From NCBI GenBank assembly GCA_951406725.2, contig OX597817.1, positions 143,902,001 through 143,966,000 on the forward strand: a stretch of 64,000 bases of DNA, read 5' to 3'. Below, in pieces: positions 24,103 through 36,724 of this stretch. Both the position numbers and the translations under genes were made by a program. The stretch is from Octopus vulgaris. Its lineage: Eukaryota. Numbering within the stretch: position 1 is the first letter of the stretch; each line of letters begins with the position of its first letter. Below the pieces are notes generated by a model that ran no database searches, was not told the origin of the DNA, and saw nothing but the letters and a program-made list of their open reading frames with translations.

Positions 24103-24365
24103 CACTGCTGCCATCACTGCTACCACCACCATCACCAACACTCCTGCTACTGCCACCACCACTACAACTACTACCACCATCACCACCACCACCACCACCA
24201 TCATTCCCAATGCAACTACAACAATAACTACTACTACTGCTGGCTTCACTGCTATCACCACCATCACCACTGCTGCAACTGCCGCCACCACTACAATTAC
24301 TACCACCATCAACACCACCACGACCACCACCACTACTGCTGCTGGCTTCACTGCCACCACCACCT
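23897..24365. repeat. (CAC/TAC)n microsatellite with higher-order blocks
   Basis: CATTC(T/C)CA(G/A)TGCAACTAC..CAATAACTACTAC block recurs three times. Confidence 0.9.
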
Positions 24366-26299
24366 CTTCTTCTTCTTCAGATAAATATTCAATACATATT
24401 GCATGGAAAGGAAACAGACAAGTTCAACCTGTCAAATATCTCCTGAGGATTTGCAGAAATAAATTTATTTCAGAGAAGATATTTTATATTTTATTGAACT
24501 CAGGCTTCCATAAATTTTATCCTTAAAACATAAAAAAAAAAAAATAATAAAAAAAAAAAACATAACAAAAACCTTATCGTCTTCTCTGAAGTGCTTTTTC
24601 AATGTTAAAATGAAATATTTCTGTTTTCTGTAGCTTTCATTCCCCCATCCACCCCACTCTTCATCTCCAGCTTCCATACATCCATATAACCTCTACCTAC
24701 CCGTAACCCTGGTTCTTCTGCACCTTCCCTTCCTTTCGCTTCCAATCCCCTTGTACTTATGACCTAATTGGTTTCAAATTTTGGTGCAAGGCCAGCAATT
24801 TCGGGGGAGAGGAGGAGGAGGATAACTTTATTACATCGTCCCCAGTGCGTAACTGGTACTTAATTTATTGACCCCGAAAGGATGAAAGGCAAAGTTGACC
24901 TCGGCAGAATTTGAACTCAGAACTAATTTTTGAAGTACGACTTCAATTGCTAACGATTCTGCCAGCTCACTGCCTTAATAATAATAATAATCATCATCAT
25001 CATCGTTTAATGTCCGCTTTCCATGCTAGCATGGGTTGGACGATTTGACTGAGGACTGGCAAGCCAGATGGCTGCACCAGCCTCCAATCTGATCTGGCAG
25101 AGTTTCTACAGCTGGATGCCCTTCCTAACGCCAACCACTCCAAGAGTGTAGTGGGTGCTTTTACGTGCCACCAGTACAAGGGTCAGTCAGGCGGTACTGG
25201 CAATGGCCACACTCAAATGGTGCTTTTTAAGTGCCACCTGCACAGGAGCCAGTCCAGTGGCACTGGCAATGACCTCGCTCGAATAATTCTTTCTATTATA
25301 GGCACAAGGCCTGAAATTCTGTGGGAGGTGGGGCAGTCGATTAGAATGACCCCAGTACACAACTGGTACTTAATTTATTGACTCCAAAAGAAAGAAAAGC
25401 AAAGTTGACCTCGGTGGAATTTGAACTCAAAACGTAAAGACAGATGAAATGCCATTAAGCATTTTTCCCGGTGTGCTAACAATTCTGCCAGCTCGCTGCC
25501 TTACTTACGAACCTAGTTCATGAAGGACATTTTTACAGGACGAGAAAAAAGAGGAAAAGCGTTAAAAGTATAACAGATCAAATTATCAAGAATACCACCC
25601 CACCCTCCATAACTACCTCACCAAGGAAACAAAGTAAAATAGGTGGGGGAGTTAAACGGCATAAAATGGGGGTGGAGGGAGTAGTGAGTTGTATACCCCA
25701 GAACAAGTGGCATGTTCAGCGGTACCTCACAGACATGATCGCAAAGGCATTGCCACAGAGAATGGCCAGCCACTTACTGCAATAGCCACCCCGCCTTGCA
25801 GGGCTCATTTTGCCAGTTTTGTGGAGGAAATCAGTGGGGTTTCACACATGTCTCATCACCACTATTTGTATCTCTACTCCACTCCACTCCAATCCTGCTT
25901 CAGTCTCCTTTTTAAAATCAGAGTAGCAATGTGGATCCTCAAAGGCAAGAAACCCTTTCTACTCTGGCTGCTTCTCTTCTACTTTCACCATATTGTCTCC
26001 TGCCATAAAGCTGCCATTCTCAAGGTTCGTAGATTTGTAAACTGTATGGCAGCAATCTCATTAATGTTAGGGGCACAAAAACAGCACCTTCTATGAGCTG
26101 GAAAGTGGTTGGTGTTAGGAAGGACTTCAAGTTGTAGAAGTGATGCCAAAGTAGACAATAGAGCACAATGCAGCCCCTGACCCCACTGGACGCTGTCAAA
26201 CTGGTCAACCCATGCCAGCAAGGAACATGGAACATCAAGTGATGATGATGAGCTTTCATGTAACTGTCAGTTTATATATGCATATATATCTACATCATC

Positions 26300-27124
26300 A
26301 TCGGGCAGCACTACCACCTCCAGGCACTCAATGTAGGCCTCTGTGTTGAGTCTGAGGCCATGTGGGAAGATGACTGGAAGCATAATGTCGCCGACACTCC
26401 AAACACCATGATGTTGACTGGATGTTTGATTTTTTATCACTCTCAGTACATATTTTGGGGACATGGCAAGCCAACGGTTGTTCTGTGTTTTCACCATCTG
26501 ATCCTGACAGAAACTTTTCTCATCTGAGAAAAACCAAAGCATGATTGGTTGGAGGGGATGCTTGAGTTTGTTCAAAAGCTTCATAGTGCCGTCTGTCCTC
26601 GTCCTTGATGGCTTGGGATAAAAATTGGCCCTTTCTCATCTTGTATGAGGAATACCAAATGTCTTCATGCACTACCTGCCTTATGAGAAACTCAGACGCT
26701 CCCATGTCCCTGATGCTGGACCTGATTGACTTGGGGGGATTGTTGTCAATCATGGCCTGACTCTCACCAACAAATTCAAAAATTCTTTTCTTACCAGAAC
26801 GATCAGAGTGAGTTTCCCAAGCTGCCATGCCTTCATAATCACCATTAGACTCATCCAACTCTTTCCGAATCCTCTGCACTGTCCTCACATTGACACCCAA
26901 ACACTCCGAAATGTTCATATTGGAGCTTCTGGTGTGAATACCAAGCAGTACAGCATGTCATTTCCAAATTTCTGGCAGAGTGAATTGCATCACGGTGCTG
27001 TTTTTCTCACAGATGGTGCCCAACTGACCCTACTATACTGCATAGTTGACAAAATCAAAAACAAACAATGCACATGTGCGAAATTAAAAATATAAAATGG
27101 TGACAATTTACCCATTGCACTCTG
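26300..27124 (-). mobile_element. Tc1/mariner (maT/DD37D-like) transposase pseudogene, 5' part with TIR remnant
   Basis: HTH ISECLGVNVRTVQRIRKEL, KSIRSSIRDMGASEFLIRQVVHED, first catalytic motif WFFSDEKSF, LRLNTEAYIECLEVVVLP; frameshifted and truncated; CAGAGTGC end at 27124. Confidence 0.85.
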
Positions 27125-27321
27125 TGCACATACACCATTTATCCTTTACTTGTTTCAGACATTATTAGGTAGTGTCCCACACTGGGACCCCACTTTTACT
27201 TTCTTTGCTTGGTACTTACTCTGTTAGTCTCTTTTGCTAAACCACTAAGTTACAGGTATTTAAACATACCAATATTGATTGTCAAATGGTGCTGGGGGAC
27301 AAACACAGACAGAAAGACAGA

Positions 27322-27693
27322 GCTATTGAGTCAAGCACATCAAAATCAAGTGGAAATTGCAGTTGTGGTCCCTGTGCCGGTGGCACGTAAAAAGCACCAT
27401 CCGAATGTGGCTGATGCCAGCGCCACCTTGACTGGCTTCTGTGCTGGTGGTATGTAAAAAGCACCATCTGATTGTGGTCAATGCCAGCCTCCTCTGGCCC
27501 CTGTGCCAGTGGTACGTAAGAAAAACACCCACTACACTCTCGAAAGGGGTTGGCATTAGGAAGGGCATCCAGCTGTAGAAACACTGCCTGATCAGACTGG
27601 AGCCTGGTGCAACCTCATGGCTTCCCAGCCCCCAGTCGAACTGTCCAACCCATGCCAGCATGGAAAACGGACATTAAACAATGATGATGATGA
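27322..27693 (+). mobile_element. RTE LINE 3' UTR (family C)
   Basis: Same as other family C copies. Confidence 0.8.
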
Positions 27694-27882
27694 TTTATAT
27701 ATTCTTCAATTAATGTCCATTTTCCATGCTGGCATGGGTTGAACAGTTTGACAGACGATGGACAGCTGAAGAGCTGCCCAGGTGTCCTATTCTGTTTTGG
27801 CATGGTTTCTATGGCCGGATACCCTTCCTAACACCAACCACTTTACAGAGTGTACTTGGTGCTTTTACACAGCACCAGCACA

Positions 27883-29195
27883 GGTCCTTTCTCACCCCTT
27901 CATCCCACGTCTTCCGGAGTCTACCCCTTACACATGTTCCCTCTACAATTAGAGATCAGCAACCCCCTGATGCAACAGTCTTCATTCATATGCATTACAT
28001 GGCCATACCAGCATAGTCTTCTCTCTTGCACACTACATCTGATGGTGCTAGGATAAAATCCCTTCTGGACAAAATTCCCTGGCAGTCAAAATCCCCCAGG
28101 ATATTGTTCTTTCTTATTTCTTTATTGCCTACAAGGGGCTAACATAGAGGGGGAAAACAAGGACAGACAAAGTAATTAAGTCAATTACATCGACCCAGTG
28201 AGTAACTGGTACTTACTTAATCAACCCTGAAAGGATGAAAGGCAAAGTCAACCTCAGTGGAATTTGAACTCAGAACATAACAACAGATGAAATACCACTA
28301 AGCATTTCGCCCAGTGTACTAACATTTCTGCCAACTCACTGCCTTTGTTCTTTCTATACAATAAAAATATTTTAAAGTGAAATTTTGTAAAAAAAAAAAA
28401 AATAAAAAATAAATAAATAAATAAAGGCGCAGGAGTGGCTGTGTGGTAAGTAGCTTGTTTACCAACCACATGGTTCCGGGTTCAGTCCCACTGCGTGGCA
28501 TCTTGGGCAAGTGTCTTCTGCTATAGCCCCAGGCCGACCAATGCCTTGTGAGTGGATTTGGTAGACGGAAACTGAAAGAAGCCTGTCGTATATATGTATA
28601 TATGTGTGTGTGTGTATATGTTTGTGTGTCTGTGTTTGTCCCCCCAACATTGCTTGACAACTGATGGTGGTGTGTTTACGTCCCCGTCACTTAGCGGTTC
28701 GGCAAAAAGAGACCGATAGAATAAGTACTGGGCTTACAAAGAATAAGTCCCGGGATCGATTTGCTCGACTAAAGGCGGTGCTCCAGCATGGCCGCAGTCA
28801 AATGACTGAAACAAGTAAAAGAGTAAAAGAGAGTAAAAGAGTAAATATCAGTTGATATTTTTGTATAAAATTTGTCCAGGGGGATTTTGTCCTGATGCCA
28901 CATCTGATACCCCATATACTCCGTTTTCTCTCAAATCACTTACACTCTGTCATATAATATGAACACCGACATTACCGATCCAGCGGAGCATACTGGTTTC
29001 ATTTCTTTCAAGCCTACACATGTTCTCAGCTGACACAACCCATGTTTCACTGCCATGTAGCATATCGGTTTGTACACAGGCATCATACAATCTGCCTTTC
29101 ACACTGAGGAAAGGGGCCTTTCATTACCAACTGAGGTAGGGGCTCTCTGAACTCCTTTCAGTCCATTCTAGCAGCTATGCTTTCAGAACACCACC
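27883..29195 (-). mobile_element. RTE LINE ORF fragment split by a nested MITE
   Basis: KGRLYDACVQTDMLHGSETW...RLERNETSMLRW (~28910-29195) continues as IRCSVQERRLCWYGHVMHMNED...RGRLRKTWDE (27883-28043). Confidence 0.85.
28044..28899. mobile_element. MITE with 9-bp TSD (Mutator-like) containing SINE B (28113-28344, -) and SINE A (28426-28845, +)
   Basis: TSD ACATCTGAT at 28035-28043 and 28900-28908; TIRs AGGATAAAATCCCTTCTGGACAAA / TTTGTCCAGGGGGATTTTGTCCT. Confidence 0.8.
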
Positions 29196-29933
29196 ACCCA
29201 ACTAACTCACTATTCAACATCCATTTTCCATAAGCATTTGTATATACATGCATGTATATATTCATGTGTGTGTGTGTGTGTGCGTATCTATACATGTTTT
29301 CTTTGCTAGACATGATAAGCATCATATGATACCATAGAGGCATATTTGATTAATATATCTTCATTTTCTGACCAAAAAGATTATTAAATAGATATAATTG
29401 AATACAAATTGAAAAAAAAAATGGCCATATTTACATAAATGTTTATGCATGAATGTGTCTGTGAATGCTTTTACATTTTGCAAAACCTAATATATATATG
29501 CTGTTGTCATCACTGTCATCATCATCATCTAATGTCCACTTTCCTATGTTTGCATGCGTCGAGCGGAATTGGTTGAGGCAGAGTTTCTATGGCTGGATGC
29601 CAATATACATACACACATGAGATGACAAAGGACTGAGATATCTGGTGCCTTGTACACAAGAAGACCTGTCTGCCACAGCAAAATTGATACTGGTGCTATA
29701 TGAAAAGCACACAGTACACTCTGTGGAGTGGTTGGCACTAGGAAGGGCATCCAGCCATAGAAACCATACCAGAACAGACAATAAAGCCTGGTGTGGCCCT
29801 CGGCCATACCAGCTCTGGTCAGACTGTCCAATCCATGTCAGCATGGAAAAACAATGCTAAACGATGACGATGATGATGACATACATATATACAGACATAC
29901 ATGCACAGATATATATATACACACACACACACT

Positions 29934-29972
<39 letters not shown>

Positions 29973-30197
29973 ATGAATAATCTTGTTGCAGATTAATCAA
30001 AAGTTTAACCGATACCTTGGTAGCAAAAATCACAGCCATCTGGTTCACCAGCCCTCAGTCAAACCATCCAACCCATGCTAGCATGGAAGGCGGACGTTAA
30101 ACGGTGATGATGATGATATGAGTGTGTATATATATATATCGATTTGTTTTGCTGCGCCTCTGTTCTGTTTTTGTTCTGCCAATGGAATTCCTATTTC

Positions 30198-30277
30198 TTC
30201 CTGAAGAGAAAGACACAATATGGTCTCCTTATTCAATCGGAATTTGGTAAATTGTGGCTTTCGAAACACGTGTAGAA
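30198..30277 (+). ncRNA. Type I hammerhead ribozyme motif with long stem II (Penelope pLTR-like)
   Basis: UUC-CUGAAGA-GAAAG.CACAAU...AUUGUG.CUUUC-GAAA-CACGUG-UA^-GAA, followed by AATAAA at 30281-30286. Confidence 0.75.
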
Positions 30278-30506
30278 TGCAATAAAAGGATTTCTGTTCA
30301 ATCTTCGTTCAACTCCATTTCTTCAATTCACTAATAATAATATATATATATATATACACACTCACACATACACACACACACACATATATATATACTCTGC
30401 CAGATCAAGACTGGAGCCTGGTGCAGCCATCTGGTTCACCAGCCCTCAGTCAAACCATCCAACCCATGCTAGCATGGAAGGCGGACGTTAAACGGTGATG
30501 ATATGA

Positions 30507-30549
<43 letters not shown>

Positions 30550-31624
30550 AGATATTATCACTCACTCTCTCTTTCCACCACTGTTTCTACTATCATACCC
30601 TTCTTCTCACTGTTTTGATCTCCTGGTTCTTTTTCCATTTCTCTACTACTCACCATCACTGTCTATACTGTGAAGGAACGAGGACAGGCATTTTTTAGTG
30701 TTACAGGTACAAGGAAACCTCACTAGAGTTGGTGCCATGATAAAGTGCACCCAGAGCACTCAGTAAAGCTGCAAGCAAGTATAGTGACAATGTACAGATG
30801 AGAGGACCTTTTAGACTTGTTGAGAATATGGTAATTTCTCTAATGGTGGTGCTATGATAAATGGTTGGTGACAGGAAGAGCATGAAGGCATAGAAATGAC
30901 ACTGAAAATGAAATGGACATGCAAGATGTGGTCCTCTGATCCATCTAAGTGGGTGGTAATTTTAAATAAGGACTGATTCAGATCATGCTGACCCATCTGT
31001 GCCAAAATGGAAAGCAGACATAATATTTGTGATGATGATGAGGAGGAGGAGCAGGATCAGGATGACAATGCTGACATGATGATGACAGTGACAAAGTCAA
31101 AGGCGGCAAGCTGGCAGAAACGTTAGCATGCCAGGCGAAATGCTTAGCGGTATTTCATCTGTCTTTATGTTCTGAGTTCAAATTCCACTGAGGTCAACTT
31201 TGCCTTTCATCCTTTCAAGGTCGATAAATTAAGAACCAGTTGCATTCTGGGGTCAATATAATCAACTGTACCTCCTCCCCCAAAATTTCAGGCCTTGTAC
31301 CTCGAGTAGAAAAGAATGGGGATGATGAAGATGATGGTGAAATGCCATGTGTATACCAGTTTTAAAATAGGTGCACTGTATTGCAGAAGGTCATAAGAGG
31401 AAACTTGGAAGGTTGATGAGAGCAAGAACATCTGCTCATAGAACACGACTTCTGGTTTGGTCTGAGAGGCAGAGGAATATTAGTGACCCCCCATACTTTT
31501 TTTCTTTTGGAGGGTCGGGCTCTAAGTGACCGCTAGGAGAAAAGAGAGATTGAAACCATAAATCAGGGTTTATCTTGAAACTGTAGACCTGGTCTATGCA
31601 AAAGAATGAGCAAAGTGTTATATT

Positions 31625-32395
31625 TTATCCTTTACTTCCTTTGGTCATTAGACCGTGGCCATGCTGGAGTATTGTCTTGAAGAATTTTAATCAAATGAAT
31701 CAACTCCAGTACTTATTCTATTGGTTTGTTTTGTTGAACTGCTAAGTTACAGGGATGTAAACACACCAACACCAGTTGTCAGGTGGTGGTAGGAGACAAA
31801 CATAAAGACAAACACACACATATACAATGGGCTTCTTTCAGTTTCCATCGACCAAATCCACTCAGAAGGCTTTGGTTAGCCTGAGGCAATAGAAAACACT
31901 CATCCAAAGTATCACGCATTGTAACTGAACCCAGAACCAAGTGGTTGGGAAGTAAGCTTCTTATTTCTTTACTACCCACAAGGGGCTAAACATAGAGAGG
32001 ACAAACAAGGACAAAGGGATTAAGTCGATTACATTGACCCCAGTGCGTAACTGGTACTTAATTTATTGACCCCAAAAGGATGAAAGGCAAAGTCTACCTT
32101 GGCGGAATTTGAACTCAGAACTTAATAGCAGACGAAATACCTATTTCTTTACTACCCACAAGGGGCTAAACACAGAGGGGACAAACAAGGACAGACACAC
32201 GGATTAAGTTGATTACATCAATCCCAGTGCGTAACTGGTATTTATCTAATCGACCCCGAAAAGATGAAAGGCAAAGTCTACTTTGGTGGAATTTGAACTC
32301 AGAACGTAACGGCAGACAAAATATCGATAAGCATTTCACCTGGCATGCTAACATTTCTGCCAGCTTGCCGCCTTCTTACCACACAGCCATGCCTG
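31625..32395 (-). mobile_element. SINE A interrupted by a dimeric SINE B (31961-32372)
   Basis: Two B units joined at GAAATACC|TATTTC; CTTCTTA duplicated at the outer junctions. Confidence 0.8.
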
Positions 32396-32993
32396 CAGAG
32401 TCATTAGTGTGTCAGACAGAATGCCTTATGGTATTGGTTCTAGTTCACTACATTCTAAGTTCAAATGCTGCTGAGGTCATTGATACAAAGAGCCAATCCA
32501 CGGCAGTGAATTGGAACTGTCAGAACATCACACAAAATACCTTGTGGTATTTGTTCCAGCTAAGATAGGTTGGGACCAAAATAATTACAGACTTGAAAAC
32601 AAAACAAGCACTTCTTTTTATTTCATTGTTTAACATCCACTTTTTCATGCTTGCATGGGTTAGATGGATATTTGTTGAGGTGGATGCCTTTTCTGTCACC
32701 AACCCTCACTTCTTTCCAATCAAGGTATTATTTCCCATGCAAGACAGGAAATGAACATCATTTGTATGACAATGATGCTCATTTGCAAGACAAAAGTACA
32801 CAGACATACACAACAGGCTTCTTGCAGTTTCCATTTATGAAATATATTCACAAGGCTTTGGTCATCTCAAAGCTATAGTAGAAGACACTTGACTAAGATG
32901 TTAGGCAGTGGGACTGAACCTGAATCCTTATGTTTGGGAAGCAAATTTCTTAACCACACAACCAAACCTACCCCTTACGATGTGTTTGTGATT

Positions 32994-33179
32994 AATTCCA
33001 GGTGAGATTTCTAACCAAATAATTCCATCGTTAATGGTTGTAGTTTAACAATCTTTGTCTTATCTTAAAGGAAGTGATGAAAGAGAAGATGGGTTTGAAG
33101 TTTAAGAGCAGTTGGGACAAAGATAAACAGAATCAGTCTGAGCTAATCTGGTTTAATTCTGTTATTCTTTTACTTGCTT
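32994..33179. repeat. Arm 2 of the 186-bp long-range inverted repeat
   Basis: See 20863-21048. Confidence 0.9.
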
Positions 33180-34736
33180 CAGTCATTGGAATGTGGCTAT
33201 GCTGGGGCAATGTATTAAAGCTTTTTTTTTATTTGATAACATCAATTCCGATACTTATCGTAACTTTGGTATTTATTGTATTAGTTTCTGCTTTTTACTG
33301 AGTTGCTGCTGCTGCTACTATTACGCTGTTGTTTAACGTCCACCTTCCATGCTAGCATGGGTGGGACGATTTCACAAGAGCTGACCAGGCAGAGGCCTGC
33401 ACCAGACTTCTGTGGCTGTTTTGGTAGGATTTTTACAGCTGGATGCCCTTCCTAACACCAACCACTCAGCAGAGTGGACTTAGTGCTTTTTATGTGGCAC
33501 AAAGATAGGTGAGGTCAGTTTTGGCAAGGTTTTTACAGCTTGATGCCCTTCTAAACACCAACCACTTTATAGTGTGGACTGGGTGCTTTTAAGTGGCATC
33601 TGCACTGACAGGGTCACCAAGTCACCAAGTACTTGCAAGGCAAAAAAAAAAAAAAAAAAAAACCTTCAGTAGAGAGGAGGTTATCTTGTGTTGGATGATG
33701 AAAGATTATAGTGAGACAGATACAGGTGTCTTGCTGTAGAGGAAGTATGAGGTTACATGGCCAAGTTCAAATCCACTTACAAAGCTATGGTCAGCCTGGG
33801 ATTACAGAAGAAGACACATTCCCAAGATGCAGTGGAATTGAACCTGAAACCACATGGTTGAGAACCACACAGCCATGCTTGAAGCTTCAAAATAATTTTG
33901 AAAATAATGAAGAATTCAGGAAAATAGCTTTGTTATTAAGTTAGTGTCGAAGGCGGGAAACTAGTAGAATCATTAACATGTCAGGTACAATACTTAGCAG
34001 TGTTTCGTCCATCTTTACATTCTGTTTCTTTATTGCCCACAAGGAGCTAAACATAGAGGGGACAAACAAGGACAGACAAACGGATTAAGTTGATTACATC
34101 GACCCCAGTGCGTAACTGGTACTTAATTTATTGACCCCGAAAGGATGAAAGGCAAAGTTGACCTCAGTGGAATTTGAACTCGGAACGTAACGGCAGACGA
34201 AATACCACTAAGTATTTAGCCTGGCATGCTAACGTTTCTGCCAGCTCGCTGCCTTTTTACATTCATCATCGTCATCATCATTTAACATCCATTTTCCATG
34301 CTGGCATAGGTTGGACAGTTTGACAGGAGTTGGTCAGCTTAAGCACTGCCCAGACTGCATGGTTTCTATGGCTAGATGCCCTTCCTAATGCCAACCACTA
34401 TAGAGTGCACCAGGTGCTTTTATGCAGCAGACACAGGTGCATTCATGTGGCTCTGTTATGCGTTGCTGAGGTGGACTTAGCTTTCCATCCTTTAGGGATT
34501 GATAAAACAAGGACCAGTTGAGTACTAGTGTTGATATAATCAGCTTACTCCCTCCCTTGACATTGCTGGTCTTGTGCCAGAAATTTAAAACCATTTTTAA
34601 TTTAGTGTCTAGAATATGAGTTAACATGAAATCTTAATGGAAACTTTAAATTTAGATCACTTTAAAACCGGAACCTCACAACACTAAAAGACGGTCAGTG
34701 GTGGGTCAATATTGAGAATGGTAAACAGCAATTTCT

Positions 34737-35027
34737 TGAACATTATTTACATTTGATGGATATTTGTCCTCATCTTGTTTGTTGTTAACATGTTTCAGCT
34801 GATGTACTCTCCAGCCTTCATCAGGTGTCCTGGGGGAATTTCGAACCTGGGTTCCCATTTGTAAGGTATTTTTCCGATATTATTATTATTATTATTATTG
34901 GTGTTAGGAAGGGCATCCAGCTGTAAAAACTCTGCCAGATCAGATTGGAGTCTGGTTCACCAGTCCTCAGTCAAATCGTCCAACCCATGCTAGCATGGAA
35001 AGCGGATGTTAAACGATGATGATGATG

Positions 35028-35058
<31 letters not shown>

Positions 35059-35362
35059 TCACTGCCTGGAATCAAACTTGGAATCTTGGGGTTAGTATGA
35101 CCACTGGTATATGGCATAGTGGTTAAGAGCACAGGCTACTAACGTCAAGATTCCGAGTTCGATTCCAGAAAGTAACCTGAATAATAATAATAACAACAAC
35201 AGAAAATACCTTAGGAATGAGAACCCAGGTTTGAAATTCCTTCAGTACACCTGATGAAGGCTGGAGAGTACATCAGCCGAAACATTGTGTTAACAACAAA
35301 GATGAGGACAAATATCCATCAAATGTAAATAATGTACATAATTCCTCATTTCTCAAATATAG
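34737..35362. mobile_element. Family D head-to-head inverted pair, single TSD
   Basis: Minus arm 34741-35097 (RTE end nested at ~34900-35029), plus arm ~35110-35362; TSD AACA(G/A)CAATTTCT at 34724-34736 and 35363-35375; hammerhead core CTGATGA at 35251-35257. Confidence 0.8.
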
Positions 35363-36052
35363 AACAACAATTTCTCATAGACAAAGGGCAAGGGCTAGAA
35401 ACACTAAATTCTTCAATCCTCACAGAATCTCAACTCACCAAACTCACTTATTCTTATGTAGAATATTCTTCAGTTTGACATTCTTATGCAAAGAGAAAAT
35501 TCCAGTAAGAGATGTAGAAAGACAGTCCTATATAAAACCCTGCTAACAACAGTAATTTTAATCAATACGACGGTTGAAAACCTAACAAAAGAGAAGACTG
35601 AATGAAATAAACGAGGCAAAATGAAACATATCTAATCACAAAGACAGCTGAATTAATAAACGGCTGCCAAGGCCGCCATGTTCTATTGGAATTCTTCAGA
35701 CATATTTGGTTTTCCATTCCAATATGATTAAATAACTATTATGGACATTATAAGAACATAAAAAGAAACATTTTTTTTTTTCTATCTCATCTTTTTTATA
35801 CTTGAATTTTTTTTAACAGCTATTTTCCATGTTAGCATGCATGGAACGTTTTCCTTATCAGCTTTAGACATTTTTATTTTTATGTAACTGAAACAAGTCG
35901 CTTTATAAAGTCTGTACACACACTTTCCTGTTGAATGCTTCTTTATGAATTCAGTGACAGCACAAGCTGTTTTCTAGTTTTGAAAGAGCTCAGCAAAATG
36001 GTTTCAGCAAGACTTGAATTTAAACAACATAGAGAACAGGTCAGAACTTTAA

Positions 36053-36273
36053 CCCTTTAGTGTTCGCATTATTCTGCCAAAATTAATCCTTTTTTATCCA
36101 CATTGGTTTGAACTAATCAGACATTATCTTGGAGCTATGAGATTTTGATGAGGTAGCTGTTAATTTTTAAAACGATATTGTAGGGTTGGTGTGAGAGACC
36201 AGATCTGGCCAGTTTGAACATAAAACAGGCAGAATACTTTCGGCCGGATATGGCCGGTTTAAATGCTAAAGGG
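36053..36273. mobile_element. piggyBac-like MITE (TTAA TSD)
   Basis: TTAA|CCCTTTAG ... CTAAAGGG|TTAA; related copy at 56616-57254. Confidence 0.85.
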
Positions 36274-36317
36274 TTAAACCACACAACCTTGAAACGCTAG
36301 ATATGGAAACATTTGCT

Positions 36318-36682
36318 TCAGTCCCACTATGTGGCACCTTGGGCAGGTGTCTTCTACCATAGCCTCAAGCTGACCAAAGCCTTGTAAGTGGATTTGGTAG
36401 GCAGAAACTGAAAGAAGGCAGCGAGCTGGCAGAAACGTTAGCACGCCAGGCAAAATGCTTAGCGGTATTTCATCTGTCTTTATGTTCTGAGTTCAAATTC
36501 CGCCAAGGTTGACTTTGCTTTTCATCCTTTCGGGGTCAATAAATTAAGTACCAGTTACATACTGGGGTTGATGTAATCAACTTAATCTCTTTGTCTGTCC
36601 TTGTTTGTCCCCTCTATGTTTAGCCCCTTGTGGGCAGTAAAGAAATAAGAAACTGGAAGAAGCCCTTCATATATATATATAT

Positions 36683-36724
<42 letters not shown>

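Noticed and set aside
23863-24384. His/Tyr/Cys-rich 173-aa ORF resembling a metal-binding or structural protein
   Set aside because: Coincides with a (CAC/TAC)n microsatellite, also open antisense; no signal peptide or gene structure.
33071-33150. Possible duplicated coding exon (EV.KEKMGLKFKSSW.KDKQNQSELI) in the long-range inverted repeat
   Set aside because: Weak donor (GTTTAA), copies on opposite strands, and identity is as high outside the putative exon.
35110-35175. tRNA gene with an ACT anticodon-like loop
   Set aside because: It is the head of family D SINE; no acceptor stem, continues into the repeat body.
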